A stretch of DNA of 63,244 nucleotides, counting the filler, from Choristocarpus tenellus KU-1152 (taxonomy: Eukaryota > Protista > Phaeophyceae): assembly GCA_964200185.2 (NCBI GenBank). It is 13 parts of 13 records of this genome, joined end to end, with 100 filler letters (N's around TTAATTAATTAA, not from the genome) between each part and the next. Parts side by side here need not be neighbours in the genome. Positions count along the whole stretch, not along the records: positions 50,329 to 52,898 come from CAXNAD020026681.1; positions 52,999 to 56,271 come from CAXNAD020021124.1; positions 56,372 to 59,769 come from CAXNAD020020304.1; positions 59,870 to 63,244 come from CAXNAD020020453.1; 9 more parts are not named here. One strand, given 5' to 3'. The stretch's first letter is position 1; each line of letters starts with the position of its first letter. The notes beneath the pieces were generated by a model, which saw nothing but the letters and a program-made list of their open reading frames with translations, did no database searches and was not told the DNA's origin. A program made the position numbers and the translations under genes. Of the stretch, positions 51,216 through 63,244 are shown in pieces.

Positions 51216-52174
51216 TGAAGGGCTTCTTTTGTAGCTACTAAAATTGTAGTGGATAGGGAGTAATAATAATATATAAGAGCTTTCTCTAACCAGAAGTTCG
51301 TCAAGGATTACAAATCTTCTTTCAGAAATGAATTTCATCATCTATATAAGTTATGAACAACGGGGAACACGCGTATGGCACGGAGGTAGAAAAAATATTA
51401 CTACATAGTACTACGGTAATGCTTTATATTGCTACTGCATAGAATTACATACACTTGGTTCCCTTGTTTTGTGGTAGAAAAATGGTATCACCCCCCTTTC
51501 TTACCGGGCACATTGTGGAAACCCCACTTGTATACTGGGTGACATGTCCCCAGGTTCGATAACTGTTGGGGGTGGCCTTAGATTGACAAAATTTGGTGGT
51601 ATATCGGTGTTGAGTACTCCCGTATCGGTACTACTCCCTGCGCAAAAACTTACACCGGATATTTGTCGATGCGACTAACCCTCTACGAGACTTGTACAAA
51701 TACATGTCCGTACCACTTCCTTAACTGCGAAACAAATACAAAGGGTTCCCTGATTGCGCTGAGTTAAATCCCTCCACAATCATTTGTGCTTGTAAGCACA
51801 AGTTGTTCAATCACAGTTCTCTTAATTCGTCAACACGTCACAGGTTGTCGAAAGATTTGTCCACATGCCACTCTCAGAAATATTTATGAGTACAGATTAT
51901 TGGGATTCGCAAATGAAAGAGCTTACTACAAAATGCCTATCCTTGACTCGTGAGGATGTGCCCCAATACGCGTGACTCAGATTTATATCAGGAACGGTAA
52001 TTGATTTGGCGGAAATTGACTTGTGCGCCACAAATCGGATTCGATTTGTTGTTCAATGTGTGAAATCATGACGGGACTGGGCCACCAGCAAGTCACACAG
52101 AGAAATATATGTTAATGGGATGGACCAAGATCGTCAGAAGTTCAAGTAAATAGTTCCGGGGGCCAGCCCCGGAA

Positions 52175-52432
52175 GAGTGAAACTATCTTAGAGGGTACGA
52201 ATTTTTCCCTGTTTGTCCGTTTGGGGCTTGGCTTCCCATGGGTATTTTTATGACATTTTCCTACTCCAAAATGTTTAGGAGTAGGTAAATGTATACGTTA
52301 GGAAAAGGTGTGTCCGAAACATAGATATTGACACTTCCTAATAGACACGATAGTCAAAATTACATCAAAATCACAACATTGTATTTTGACCCCCAAATGG
52401 ACGCGGCTCTACCCTCTAAGATACTTTGGCTC
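52175..52432 (+). mobile_element. MITE family A, full copy
   Basis: Colinear with the 20275 copy; 4-bp TSD GGAA (52171-52174, 52433-52436). Confidence 0.92.
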
Positions 52433-52679
52433 GGAAGTTAAATATATGTCTAAATGGGGCCAGCCCAAGACTGTCAGGGTTTTCGACTAGACCTCGTCAA
52501 TGATCGCCCCTGGTGAGAAAGGTTGTTAAATTCGGTTAAGGACTGTGTTCCTGAGGAGGGATTAAAGCTTCGTATGATTTTTTTTTGCGAGTATGTTTTG
52601 GACACACGCAATTGTAGGGATCTCTAAACGAAATCCAGGGTGGCGGTGGCTGGTGAAACCACCACGACCACCAATGTCG

Positions 52680-52853
52680 GGGTCAAAGTATCTGGGGGGG
52701 GTGGCGGCTGTGCCTTTGGGGTCAATTTTTTCATGTCGTGGTTTTTGGGTGATTGGTTGAGTATGTCCGATGGATAATGTAAAAGCACTTTTCCTGATTT
52801 TGCCCCGAATGGACACCCTGGCGTAACCCCCCCCCCCCCAGATGCTTTGGGTC
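52680..52853 (+). mobile_element. MITE family B, full copy
   Basis: GGGTCAAAGTATCTGGGGG / CCCAGATGCTTTGGGTC; flanks TCG/TCG. Confidence 0.85.
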
Positions 52854-53741
52854 TCGGTGTAGTTTATTATCCTCGCTGCATTTTTTTTTTTAACAGACNN
52901 NNNNNNNNNNNNNNNNNNNNNNNNNNNNNNNNNNNNNNNNNNTTAATTAATTAANNNNNNNNNNNNNNNNNNNNNNNNNNNNNNNNNNNNNNNNNNNNAC
53001 CACCCCTCCCCCCCCCCAGATACTTTGACCCGCTCAAGGACCGTTGATTACAGGGAGGAGGGGGGAGGGGAAACAGAACAATACAAGATGTTGATATATC
53101 CACTTCCGCCATCCCTGTTTGAGCCGCTCTATGAGCTCACAAGAAGATAGGGAAGGCAGGGAGGGGCCTCTTTCACGAGAGACAGCATCAGGCTATGTAT
53201 GTATATATATATATATATATATTTATTTATTTTTTCTCAGAAGCAAAGATCACTAACTATGATCAATGGAATAATAGCAGTGGGTCACATCTTATTGTGA
53301 GGTATATGGACTTTTGCTTCCCAAGCAGAGTGGATTGGTGTGCCGAAAAGGGAGGATCTCGAACCTCTCGTCCTATAGATAGTTGAGAAATGTGCATGAA
53401 CGTCATTATACAGCACTACTAGGTTATACCGTATATGATGTTATTGTAGTATTGATATTGACAAATCTTTTTTTCACGAATTGTCCTCTCCTATTTTACC
53501 CCATTCCTGTGCACATTGCACTAGTCCCCCTTCATTCCTCATTTTCAGATCTACTATTCCAGAACCAGTAAAAAAGAATATAATAGTGAGTGCACTGCGC
53601 GTCATGTGATGAAGAGCATCAGCATCACCAACACAAGGGAGGAAAAAACGGCATTGTGTATTCATTCCCCAAAAACAGAAGTGTCGCTCCTCTTTGACTC
53701 AATCAAAAAAGCGGGTTCTCACACACAGGAGCACAACACAC

Positions 53742-55428
53742 CTGACTCTCCAGTCGCGACAGTTTCTTCATCGCGTCTTTTAAGAGGGATGCCTCTGCAA
53801 TATTTTTCCGTTGCTGAGATGAGTATGGCAGAGAAGAGAGGACACCCAATGCCACACCTCCCACTGGCACCGACTCAGGATCCTCCTCTGGCCTTGTCTC
53901 TGGAAGCGACGCTAACGTGTCTTGCTCACTCTTACCTGGGGAAAGCAGGATGGGCTCTTGCTGCTGCTCGGGATCGGCAGCAGCAGCTCTTGCGCGATTG
54001 TTTCTGCCAATGGTGGTGCTCCCACCACTCAAATGACCCAGGGCGCTCCAGAGCTGCCTGAGGGCCTCCTGCACCCACGTGGTATTGGCCTTGGATGCGA
54101 GAAGGTTTGCAAAACTTTGATTTGGAGCATTTCCTGTTGACCCTTCCAGGACATCAATCCTGCCACAAAGGTTATTGAGTCGCATCAACAAACTCTCACT
54201 TTCATTCCTCGCTCTTGTGGCCTCAGATGCTGTGGCAGCAATGCTCTGGACTTCTGTCTGGAGTCCCAGGAGGTCTAACCGCAGGCTACCAACACTAGTG
54301 TATACCCCAATCACTTTGTAGAGAGCGTTCTGGGCGGCAGTCAGCCTGCTGGGCATTTCACCAAGGCTTCCATCAGCGCACCAGAGACAGGAGAGACCAC
54401 CTTCCACCTCATCCCCTGATCCAGTAGCCACACCTGCTGTGGTCTTTTCTCTCTCATGGAGTGACAGTGTCTTGCCAATTGTCATACAGAGTGCCTCTGC
54501 ATCCATTGCCACTGCACCATCATCACGGCAGTTATTACCTACTACCTCATAACCCCCCTTCCCCCTGTAACCTTTGCATCGGCGCACAAAGTCTGCAGCC
54601 TCAGCAGAGACTTCCCTGAGAGCCTGAACACTGGTCCCATTCCATGCATTACTACTGCTATTGCTGCCATGTGATGAGGTGGATAAACTAGAACCAGTAA
54701 TCGCCGAGCTGTTTATGCTATTGCTTGTGTAAGAGGGAGTCTTTTCCCCTTGAAATTTCGTCATAGAGAATGAAATGTCAGTACACATTGTCTCCAGCTT
54801 GAGGCATGCCTCCTTAAGGAGGTTACCAACCTTTTCCTCTCCCACTGCTTCATCCGACTCAGGATTGGGTATAGGTTCAGGCATGCCCCGAATATCAACT
54901 CCAAGCTCGCTCAGACACTGCTTCTGAACCTGTTATGGCCCATGGACGCAAGAAATATCTGACGAGGTCAGGCTGTTAACTTGAGAGCTGCCTTGGTGTG
55001 TTCAGGCAATGTGTATGATGAAGTAGGAGGTGAGGGATAGGAGTACCTGAATGTCTCATACCAAGGTGGAGAAGGCCTGGGACCACAATCAGAGAGGTCA
55101 AAGGGGGAAAACATGGAGAGTGGATGTCGATCATGATGTCTTTGTGCGTGTGTGTCTGTTTTGTGTACGTATTTTATGGAAGGGAGATCACCAAGAGTGA
55201 GAGACATTCGGTGCTTGGCAGAAACTCAGTTAGCCTACAATAATTTGTTGCTTGGAATCTTGTCAGATACTGAGAGAGGAAAGGATCACAACATCCTGTA
55301 CAAGAGTAGTTGACGAAACGTGGAAGAGGTTCCGCCACCTTTTTGAATTCTTCAAGATTTTGCAGCCGAACTTTGTCAGCTTGGAGTTCCTTCTCAAGTC
55401 TGGAGATGCTGTTTTGGATAGTATTGAC
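53742..55428 (-). CDS. Unidentified coiled-coil protein, internal exons 55428-55339 and 54929-53742
   Basis: A 1188-nt open exon bounded by acceptor ACAG (54930) and donor CAG|GTGTGT (53741). An upstream 90-nt exon (VNTIQNSISRLEKELQADKVRLQNLEEFKK) joins in phase 0. Heptad-like segments and LASKANTTWVQEALRQLW. Confidence 0.65.
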
Positions 55429-56030
55429 CTTTCTTGCAGAGGCAACAATCAGAGAAGCAGCAATGGCAGTGGGTGTGTGAGTATACTGCATTCAGGTGGC
55501 AAGAAGGAGGAGAACGAGGATCTCGGTGAAGGCTAGCGTTGCAATAACAAGTATAAGTACCTATGGCATTTTGAAATGCGACATGCTGATATTCTTTGAT
55601 AGCATGCGATTTCAAACCACGATATATCATGAACTATCACATGGATACTCATGGAGGTCCACAATACCACATCATCAAGCTACATCTTGAATTTATTAGT
55701 CACTGCTGCTATCCGGGGTGGTCAAAAAAACGAAAATCATGAGAAGGTCGTGAGTTGACCTCTACACGCAGTGTGCTCTGAGCTTCTGTGCACTGTGCCC
55801 GGAATGTTATTTTTGTATGCGCTCGTGGTTGATACGGATGATGCTTTACCAGTTTCCGTACTTCATCTTGCAAGCATGTGTATCGTTGTTGGTGCAACTG
55901 CACCATTGCCCAACCATGAGACTCCTTTCGAATACTCTTGGCATGCAGCCACCACGCTTTGAAGTATTTCCGGACTGTAAGACACTACCAAGCACGTTTT
56001 CCTCTCATCTTCAATACACTCACTATATCT

Positions 56031-56209
56031 GACCCAAAATATCTGGGAGGGGGGGAGGGGTCTACACTAGGGTGTCCAATTGGTCCAAAACCAGGAAAAG
56101 TACATTTACACTATCCTCTGACGTATGCAACCAAATCACAAAAAAATTGCAACAATAAAATATTGACCCCAAATGGACAGCCGTCACCCCCCCCCAGCCA
56201 CTTTGAGTC
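56031..56209 (-). mobile_element. MITE family B, full copy in reverse orientation
   Basis: GACCCAAAATATCTGGGAGG / CCCAGCCACTTTGAGTC; flanks TCT/TCT. Confidence 0.82.
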
Positions 56210-56699
56210 TCTATGTCCCCCTATAGCACTTCACAATTCAAAATTCATCTCGATGTAGTGTGATCTTCGGTNNNNNNNNNNNNNNNNNNNNNNNNNNNNN
56301 NNNNNNNNNNNNNNNTTAATTAATTAANNNNNNNNNNNNNNNNNNNNNNNNNNNNNNNNNNNNNNNNNNNNTCCTACCATGTGGGTAGCCAGCTCATCGA
56401 CCAAGTCGCATTTGACTAGGCTCAAGAACCTCATTGAATTATCGAAGTGGATGTTTGTTGGGATGACTAAGGACTAAGGCCACCCATCATTCGAGCCGCT
56501 CGCTCATCCCATCATTGCTGTCGGTCCCAATTCTTTTCCCCAGAAGCCTGTCTGGGTTCAGGACTCAAACATCCCGACGAAGAACAGCATTTTAGCGAGA
56601 TGCCTGGAGGCGGCGAGAGGGCACATGACTTGGATGCCTTGGGGAACGGTGGTGGTCATCATGTGGAGGACTTTGGAATTTCCCGAATCACCGTGGTCC

Positions 56700-57680
56700 G
56701 TCATCTGAAGGAGTATAACTACCAGATCTCACGGTGTGAATGCATGGATCTTGTACGGCGTTGCAAGGGGTGATATGACCGCCATATAAGTATTATCGAC
56801 ATTTGGGATGTCCCATCAGTGTACCACATATCCTTCCACACATGGGCAGCCAAAGCTGGGGTTTCCTTGCCTCATTGTGGAAGCCGTGGATTAAGCCCAG
56901 TTCTCTCAGACCAGCAGAAAGTCAAGAGGGTAGGTTTCGTCACCAGCCAAACACACAAGAGGAGGGGAAGTGGGGTATTGGTGGGATGATCTATAGGACT
57001 GGGTGCTTGTGGACCAGAAGTGGTTTTACATCCTCAAACATGAGCAAGATGTGTACCTGCACCCCATTGAGGACCCTCCCAACCCCCCACAGGCACAGAA
57101 TAAGCGTTACATTACGAAGGTGATGTTCCTTGCAGCTGTGGCCCACCCTAGGATGCTCTCCAACCAACATGATGTAGTTCGATGGGGAAATAGGGATCTC
57201 ACCAATCGTGGACGCTAAGGTTGCTCAGCGCTCCAGCAAACACTGCCCCAAGGGCACCAAGGTGCTTGTGCCAGCTATGGTGGATGGGGAGAGGTATACG
57301 AAGGTAATGATTGAGGATGTCATCCCAGCAATCAAGGCCCGCATGCCTAGTGTGGAAGGACACACCATCTTCGTGCAGCAGGATGGGGCAAAGCCACACA
57401 ATAAGGGGAGGATCGTGGAGCCAACTGAGGAGGTGGCGGGGGGCCACATTGTCATAGAGACAGACCCATCCAGCCAATTCATCTGACCTCAACATCAACA
57501 ACCTGCGATTCTTCCATTCCATTCAGTAACGTAAGGAAGACGTGGGGGTGACCAACGCGGAGGAGGTGGAGGTCACAATGGAGGCATTCGATCAGGAGTA
57601 CACTAGAGTGCGTCTGGCACAGCCTCTTCGAGGTCTAGGGTGAAGTGGTAGGGCCCAAGGGTGACAACGTTTTCAAAATT
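56700..57680 (+). mobile_element. Decayed Tc1/mariner transposase (plant/oomycete-type DD37-39D-like group)
   Basis: VLVDQKWFY, QNKRYITKVMFLAAVAHPR, FDGEIGI, AQRSSKHCPKGT, DVIPAIKARMP, IFVQQDGAKPH, ANSSDLNINNL.FFHSIQ. Frameshifts near 57170 and 57470. Confidence 0.9.
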
Positions 57681-60600
57681 CCCTATCTTAGCAAGGAAAA
57701 AAAGGCTGGGAAGGTCAAGCAAGCTCCCCCAAATGCCTTGGTGGATGCGCCGAAATACCTTGCTGGAAATAAGTTTTGGAGGGCTTGTTGGCGGAATCGT
57801 AGACAGGTGTAGGTAGCCCATTTTGGTTGAGATTTTGGTGGTCAACCTTTTAGGGTATGCACAATACAATATATATAAGATGTTAAAAAAATCTTGCTTC
57901 TTCATCAGGGCTGCAAATGTTGAGTTACAATCAATTCCGAATGGAGAATGTTAATGGTAGTAATATTAATTGCCTATTTTAATATTGATGCATCTCTTTG
58001 TAGCGTATGTGTGGGAATCTAGAGTTCCCACAAGGTTCAAACTTCAGGTACCTCCACGTTAAACCCCGATATCATTGTGTCATACGAAGGAGAAAAGTAA
58101 TAATGTTATTGTTCAACATTGATCAGGATTACATAAGAGTCCACAACCAACATGAGATTATCGTCACACCACAAGAATTTGTTGTTCGGATTTTGGATGA
58201 GAAGACTGGACTCTACATGCGTCTCGCGTTTTCGCGCGTTACATGAACATTCTAAGTAGTTGGAACTCTTCTATATATATTAGTTGAAGAAATATTTCGC
58301 CGATTTTGTAATGTGGTACCATTATAATGGGAGAAAATGTTGGACAGAAATCAGAATTGGGATTTTAGAATTATTGGGAATTACGAATATTCAAAATCTA
58401 AATTAGTATAGTGGGTATGTAAGGTGGTGGTCCTTATTGATTGTGCACCACCGATTTCCCCCACTAAGAGGTGTGGTGAGGAAATTGGCTGGTTCTATCA
58501 CTTACCACTCTTGCTATCACCAAAGAAGCATCCTAGTATTTTCAATTGTCCCTGTCAAGACAAGCACTCTCCATTCGCTGCAAGGAGCAGATTGAGTACG
58601 TTGTGTGTGCAGAGAAGAGAGGCAATACGATTGTCTTGCCAGAAGAGAGTGCCGCTCTGGGCGATCAACTTGTTGGTTAGGGCGTGGCGTGGGGAGGTTG
58701 TAACCACCTCGTGCTTCAAATTTTAGTCAGGTAGGCGATTGACAGAACCGTGTCTGACTGATTTGTGTTCTTCTCTGGACAGTGATTTACCAATGTGCTT
58801 GATACCTGTCTTCAGGGCGAATAAAAATGCGCCGTTACGGTCCTCTAATGATAGGTAATTCTTGTGCAGGTGACGTTACCCCTCGCACAATGTGGTTAGG
58901 GGGTTAAGGTTGCTTATGATTGACCAGCACCAACGAATGCAGGTTGTTGGACATAGTTGGATTGTAGGAAGGTAGTTGTGGAGCCTGAGATGCTCAGGAA
59001 GGTAGACAAACACTTTTCTTTCTCTCAATGATGTCAGCGGAGGGAATTGTGTCGCTACCATTCTTTTCTGTGTCCATATCGCGGACAATTTAGTGGCGAA
59101 ATGCGCCACCGACTCTCGGTGTCAATCTGCATGGGTTAGTGGCTTAATATGCTTTCCGTCGGCGGCGTTGTCCGAGTTTAGCTTCTGGCGATTGTACCGT
59201 TACGAGCTCTCATTTTTAGCAACATCCATTGTAACAGTGGATTGTGACGCCATAGGTCACAGTGTTATCTTCAGACCGGCAATGTTGGGAGGTATTTGTC
59301 AGTCTATTCATTGTCCAGTTGACATGCCAATTTCTACGGTTACTAGCCAACACGATGTTGCGCTGGTACTGCGTCACAGTATACAAAAGCCCGAAATGTT
59401 CATAGCTCTTCAGCCAGCCACACTTGCGATGCAATCCACGGATTGTCGTTTCAGAGGTATATAGCGAGAGTGAAAAAGAAAGTTCAATCCAAGGTACACA
59501 GTTGTTCTGACCCTTTCTAGTTACATGAAGAAATAAACCCCATGTACACCTCCATGACTCCCTCTTTGTACAGGGTTGATTTGAGGAGGAAGTTGCGACA
59601 GTAATAGCCAGCAAACGGAAAGCGTGGGTGGGCTCTGCTCTAAATCCACTTCATCAGTCCGTCTGATGGAGTGGGTAACAGCAACCCTGGCATCCCCAAC
59701 TGTGCCTAACGTAGGAGGGGTTGGGGGGGGGGGGGGGGGGAGGGGGGAAGGGGGGAGGGGAGAAACAAGNNNNNNNNNNNNNNNNNNNNNNNNNNNNNNN
59801 NNNNNNNNNNNNNTTAATTAATTAANNNNNNNNNNNNNNNNNNNNNNNNNNNNNNNNNNNNNNNNNNNNACACTCCCTAACAAACACAATAGCCAAAAGT
59901 ACATCAAAATCGCAACATTGGATTTTGACCCCCAAACGGACGCAGCTCTACCCTCTAAGATACTCTGACTCAAATATTTGTGTTACAAGTGCATGGTAGA
60001 TGTGCGCAGACAGTCTCATCACTATTATTCCTACTTAGGGCTCCCGTAAGTAAGAGGTGTCTCGCTCCGACCATTTTACTCCTATAGCTTGTCAAGTAAG
60101 TACTTCAACATTCAACTTCTATATTCTTGAGGAGATTTTCAGACCTCATCCGTAAGTGACGTTGAAATAAATTTTGCAAAAAAAATAATTTGGAATGATT
60201 TTTCACAGTACTTGGTTTCCTAGTATCCCAAGCTATGACCAACTGCGCAAAATATATATAGGCTTCTCAAATGTGGTGCAACTCGGTAGCAGGCAGCCCC
60301 TGTGCAATCCTTCCATGAAATCCCCCTGCTCAATATAATTTTCACTTTCGACTCTGTACTTCAACTGGAGCATTTATTGCCTACGAACACCACTGCAATT
60401 ACAGGAGCAGCAGCATGCACTCACTACTAATGATTTCAGCAAAAATTACTTTGGCAAGTAAGTACAAGCTTTCGAACAATATAACATGTTGTAGTTTAAT
60501 GCCATGATATTTTTTTGGTGGCGGAGGTAGTGATTCTAATCGACAAATACTTCTAATAACCAGAGATATTATGATGTGCGCCTGTTGTGAGGGTGGTCGG

Positions 60601-63244
60601 TTCAGCAAGTACTCCAGAGTGGTAGCTGACCTTGAACTTCTTTGAAATATATATTGGGGTCGATTTCCGCCCACACTTGTCCAACTAAGCACAGCAAAAT
60701 TCCATCGTAATAAATATGACACGCATCTTTCACCCTACTGAAACCGTACTTTGAAGCAACATGAATCATCAGTGGTTGTGGAAGTGCAAGGTACGCATGG
60801 GAGAAAGGAAGAGAAGGGGGCAATACAAGAAACCTGATATAGAGCAGCATAGGTTGATCCTATCTTTTCCTCCGTTCTCATTCAGTCTTCTCTTGTGCCA
60901 TAACCCTCTGTCCTGGGCAGAAGAGTCTTCTCTCGACCAGTATAAAAAATGGTCCCTGAACAAACAACTACTCATTCTTCCCAGTGACTAAACTCATACA
61001 CACGATTAATATTTATGCTACTGCGGTAAGTAGTATGATGTTATTAGTGCTATGTTCGGTAAAAATAACTCCTCACAGTAAATAGAATGCATTTCGAAAC
61101 GTGTATTTTGAAGTAAGAATATTTCGCGTAGTACGTCTATTATTGATGGTGCAACATCATACAAGGAAGGAGGATTGAAATTGCGATGTCGTCATCGTCC
61201 ACCTACAGTCAGTAGTCATCACAATCTCTCTAGCCAACAAGCGCCCTTCACTTGCTTTTATAAGATGGGTTAAAAAAAAAGAGTGAAACGATTTTTGAAA
61301 GAAGAAAAAAATATTAAAGAAACGAGACAGCAACAAAGATATGGATGGGCCACCTTGCCTGTTGAAGAGTCAAACCAACTGAGAGGTATACATGTTTGGA
61401 CCCTTTTGCACTCTAGACCTTTCTTAGCCTGTGCAATACTCTATTTAATTGCTGTATGTGCGGAATAGTGGATGCAAAATTAAAGTTTCCCTTCCATACA
61501 CAAAGTAACATGGCAATTAAGCAAAGGCACTTTCTGCCATTGCACAAAATGGGGTCTTTTTGCCCTTTCTCTGGATCCTTAACATGCAAACCCTGCTTAC
61601 CTCTCAGTTGATTTGGTTCTGAAGCAAGAGTTTATGGGAAGAAGTGACCAAAAGCTGATGTCAGTTCATTCTGATCTTATCGTCCAAGAATTGGACATTA
61701 TGTGTAACACAGAAATATTGTAACTTATGCAATAGTTTACATACAACTTACAACTATGAATAGTATACAACAACACACAGAAGAATAAGGACCTTCAAGA
61801 ATAAATACAAGTGCACTTTGGAGTAAAGTAGTGATTGTACCCAAGCACTACACTACACTAACAATTCCGCAGGAGCTTGAGACACGTAACAGAAACACTA
61901 AATGAAAGTGCGTTTCAGAAGCCAAAAGAACAAATAGTGATTGGTTGAGTAGGCAGGAAGGCCCTTGTCGTCCTTAACTACTCAATCAGAAGTTGGGGGC
62001 TGTAACTATGGGTGATAACGCGCTTAAGTGTAAATGGCCCTGTATTAAGTATGGAATAAGATCAGCATTTACATATTTCCCCCCACAGCAACAAAATCTG
62101 CACTGATCCCTACACTGTGACTGTACAAGACAACAAAACCATTTACTGCTTTTTAGAAGCACCCAACAGAGTATTTTACTACAGGTTGCATCAGTTTTCT
62201 TCCAGGAGGCTCGATACAACTTCAACAAGTACCACAAAACAACAGAAAATGGCAACCAGACAAACCACTTCCACCCTTCCTGAACTAAGTGAAAAAATAT
62301 GACTTTATTATATTTCGAAATCTCAAGAACAAAATATGGAATAGTACTGGGCCTTGCATTCCTGCACTTAAGGACACTGCTTTCTACTGTGTCGTTGTAC
62401 TTTCTCCTTGTACTATATCACCAGGAAAGGCATACATATTCTCTGAAAGAGATGAGGTGATTCAGTCTAGCAATGCAAACTTGACCATAAATCCTGCCCC
62501 ATAATCATTGGACCAAACCCATAGCATGCTCTCCTCCGCAGGTGTACGAGTAAGTTGAGATGATGCGGTCTAGTTTCGCGCTCTCTGTGTCTCTGCCTCT
62601 CTTTCTTTCCTGATACAATGATGAACATTTGATGCATACCAAGTGATTTTGCATGGATACTGACCACACGTGGACCTCCCAGGCAGCAAGTACACCTTCA
62701 CATCGATCGCAATATTCTGAGCCTGTCTGCCTCTCTCCCTCTGTGTGTACCTCTCATCCCACAAAGTTGACTAAACTGTTCATCTTCAGCAACATGAGAC
62801 TGCTGGGTGGTGAGCCGAAATCAGCTAACAGCAATACAGACCTCAGTATATATGAAATCACACTGAACTCCACGGCAGCACCGCTCTCTCTAGCCTCCAA
62901 AATGCCTTTGCATATACTGTTCCTATGAATCTTAGGAGTGGTGGGTTCTGGCACAGCATATTACCAACGGGGGAATAAAATTCTAAGAGATATCCAAGCC
63001 AACAATAAAAAATAACCTAACCAAGACGCATCTCAGACAGTTGTACTCACTGCCAAGAGTCTCTATCCCCACTTCTCCGTCTTTTTCGACACCCGTTTCA
63101 ATGTACAAACCATGTGCACACTGCTGTGGCACCCTCTTATATATCCGTGATCCACATACTCTACGCTCTCTCTGTTCCGTTATACTCTAATGACCCAAAG
63201 TATCTGAGGGAGGGGGGGGGGTCTACACCAGAGTGTCCATTTGG

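Noticed and set aside
5825-59869. Regularly recurring TTAATTAATTAA motif flanked by Ns
   Set aside because: Artificial six-frame-stop contig linker, not biology; it also invalidates any gene-neighbourhood argument across it.
61598-62954. Possible minus-strand exons (FWSLLPINSCFRTKSTER; ICKGILEARESGAAVEF...)
   Set aside because: Could not build a phase-consistent chain or recognise a family.

Overview
Eukaryotic, intron-rich, repeat-rich DNA. It consists of 13 short contigs joined by artificial 100-bp linkers (N44-TTAATTAATTAA-N44), so adjacency across linkers means nothing. A bipartite plastid presequence (signal peptide, then Phe), a flagellar central-pair gene, TTAGGG tracts and introns of about 0.1-2.7 kb point to a photosynthetic stramenopile, most likely a brown alga (inference). 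Spliced genes were rebuilt by hand from GT/GC-AG sites and reading-frame phase: a SYP2/STX7-like syntaxin (5' part), COG7 (5' part) head-to-head with TIC22 (exon 1), CFAP74 (7 internal exons), SART1/Snu66 (5' part) head-to-head with a complete RPL9, and two unidentified genes. Mobile DNA includes two related decayed Ty3/Gypsy elements (one lacking RT/RNase H), Copia relics, LTR fragments, two decayed mariner-type (DD37-39D-like) transposases, and about 15 copies of a MITE group with G(A/G)NN(C/G)AAAGTATCT ends and mixed 3-/4-bp target-site duplications. No CRISPR, rRNA or bona fide tRNA gene was seen, and I found no clear-cut new biological system. The best leads are the MITE group, an apparent tripartite Tic22 presequence and a high share of AAG splice acceptors. 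All family assignments come from recalled motifs, not database searches.
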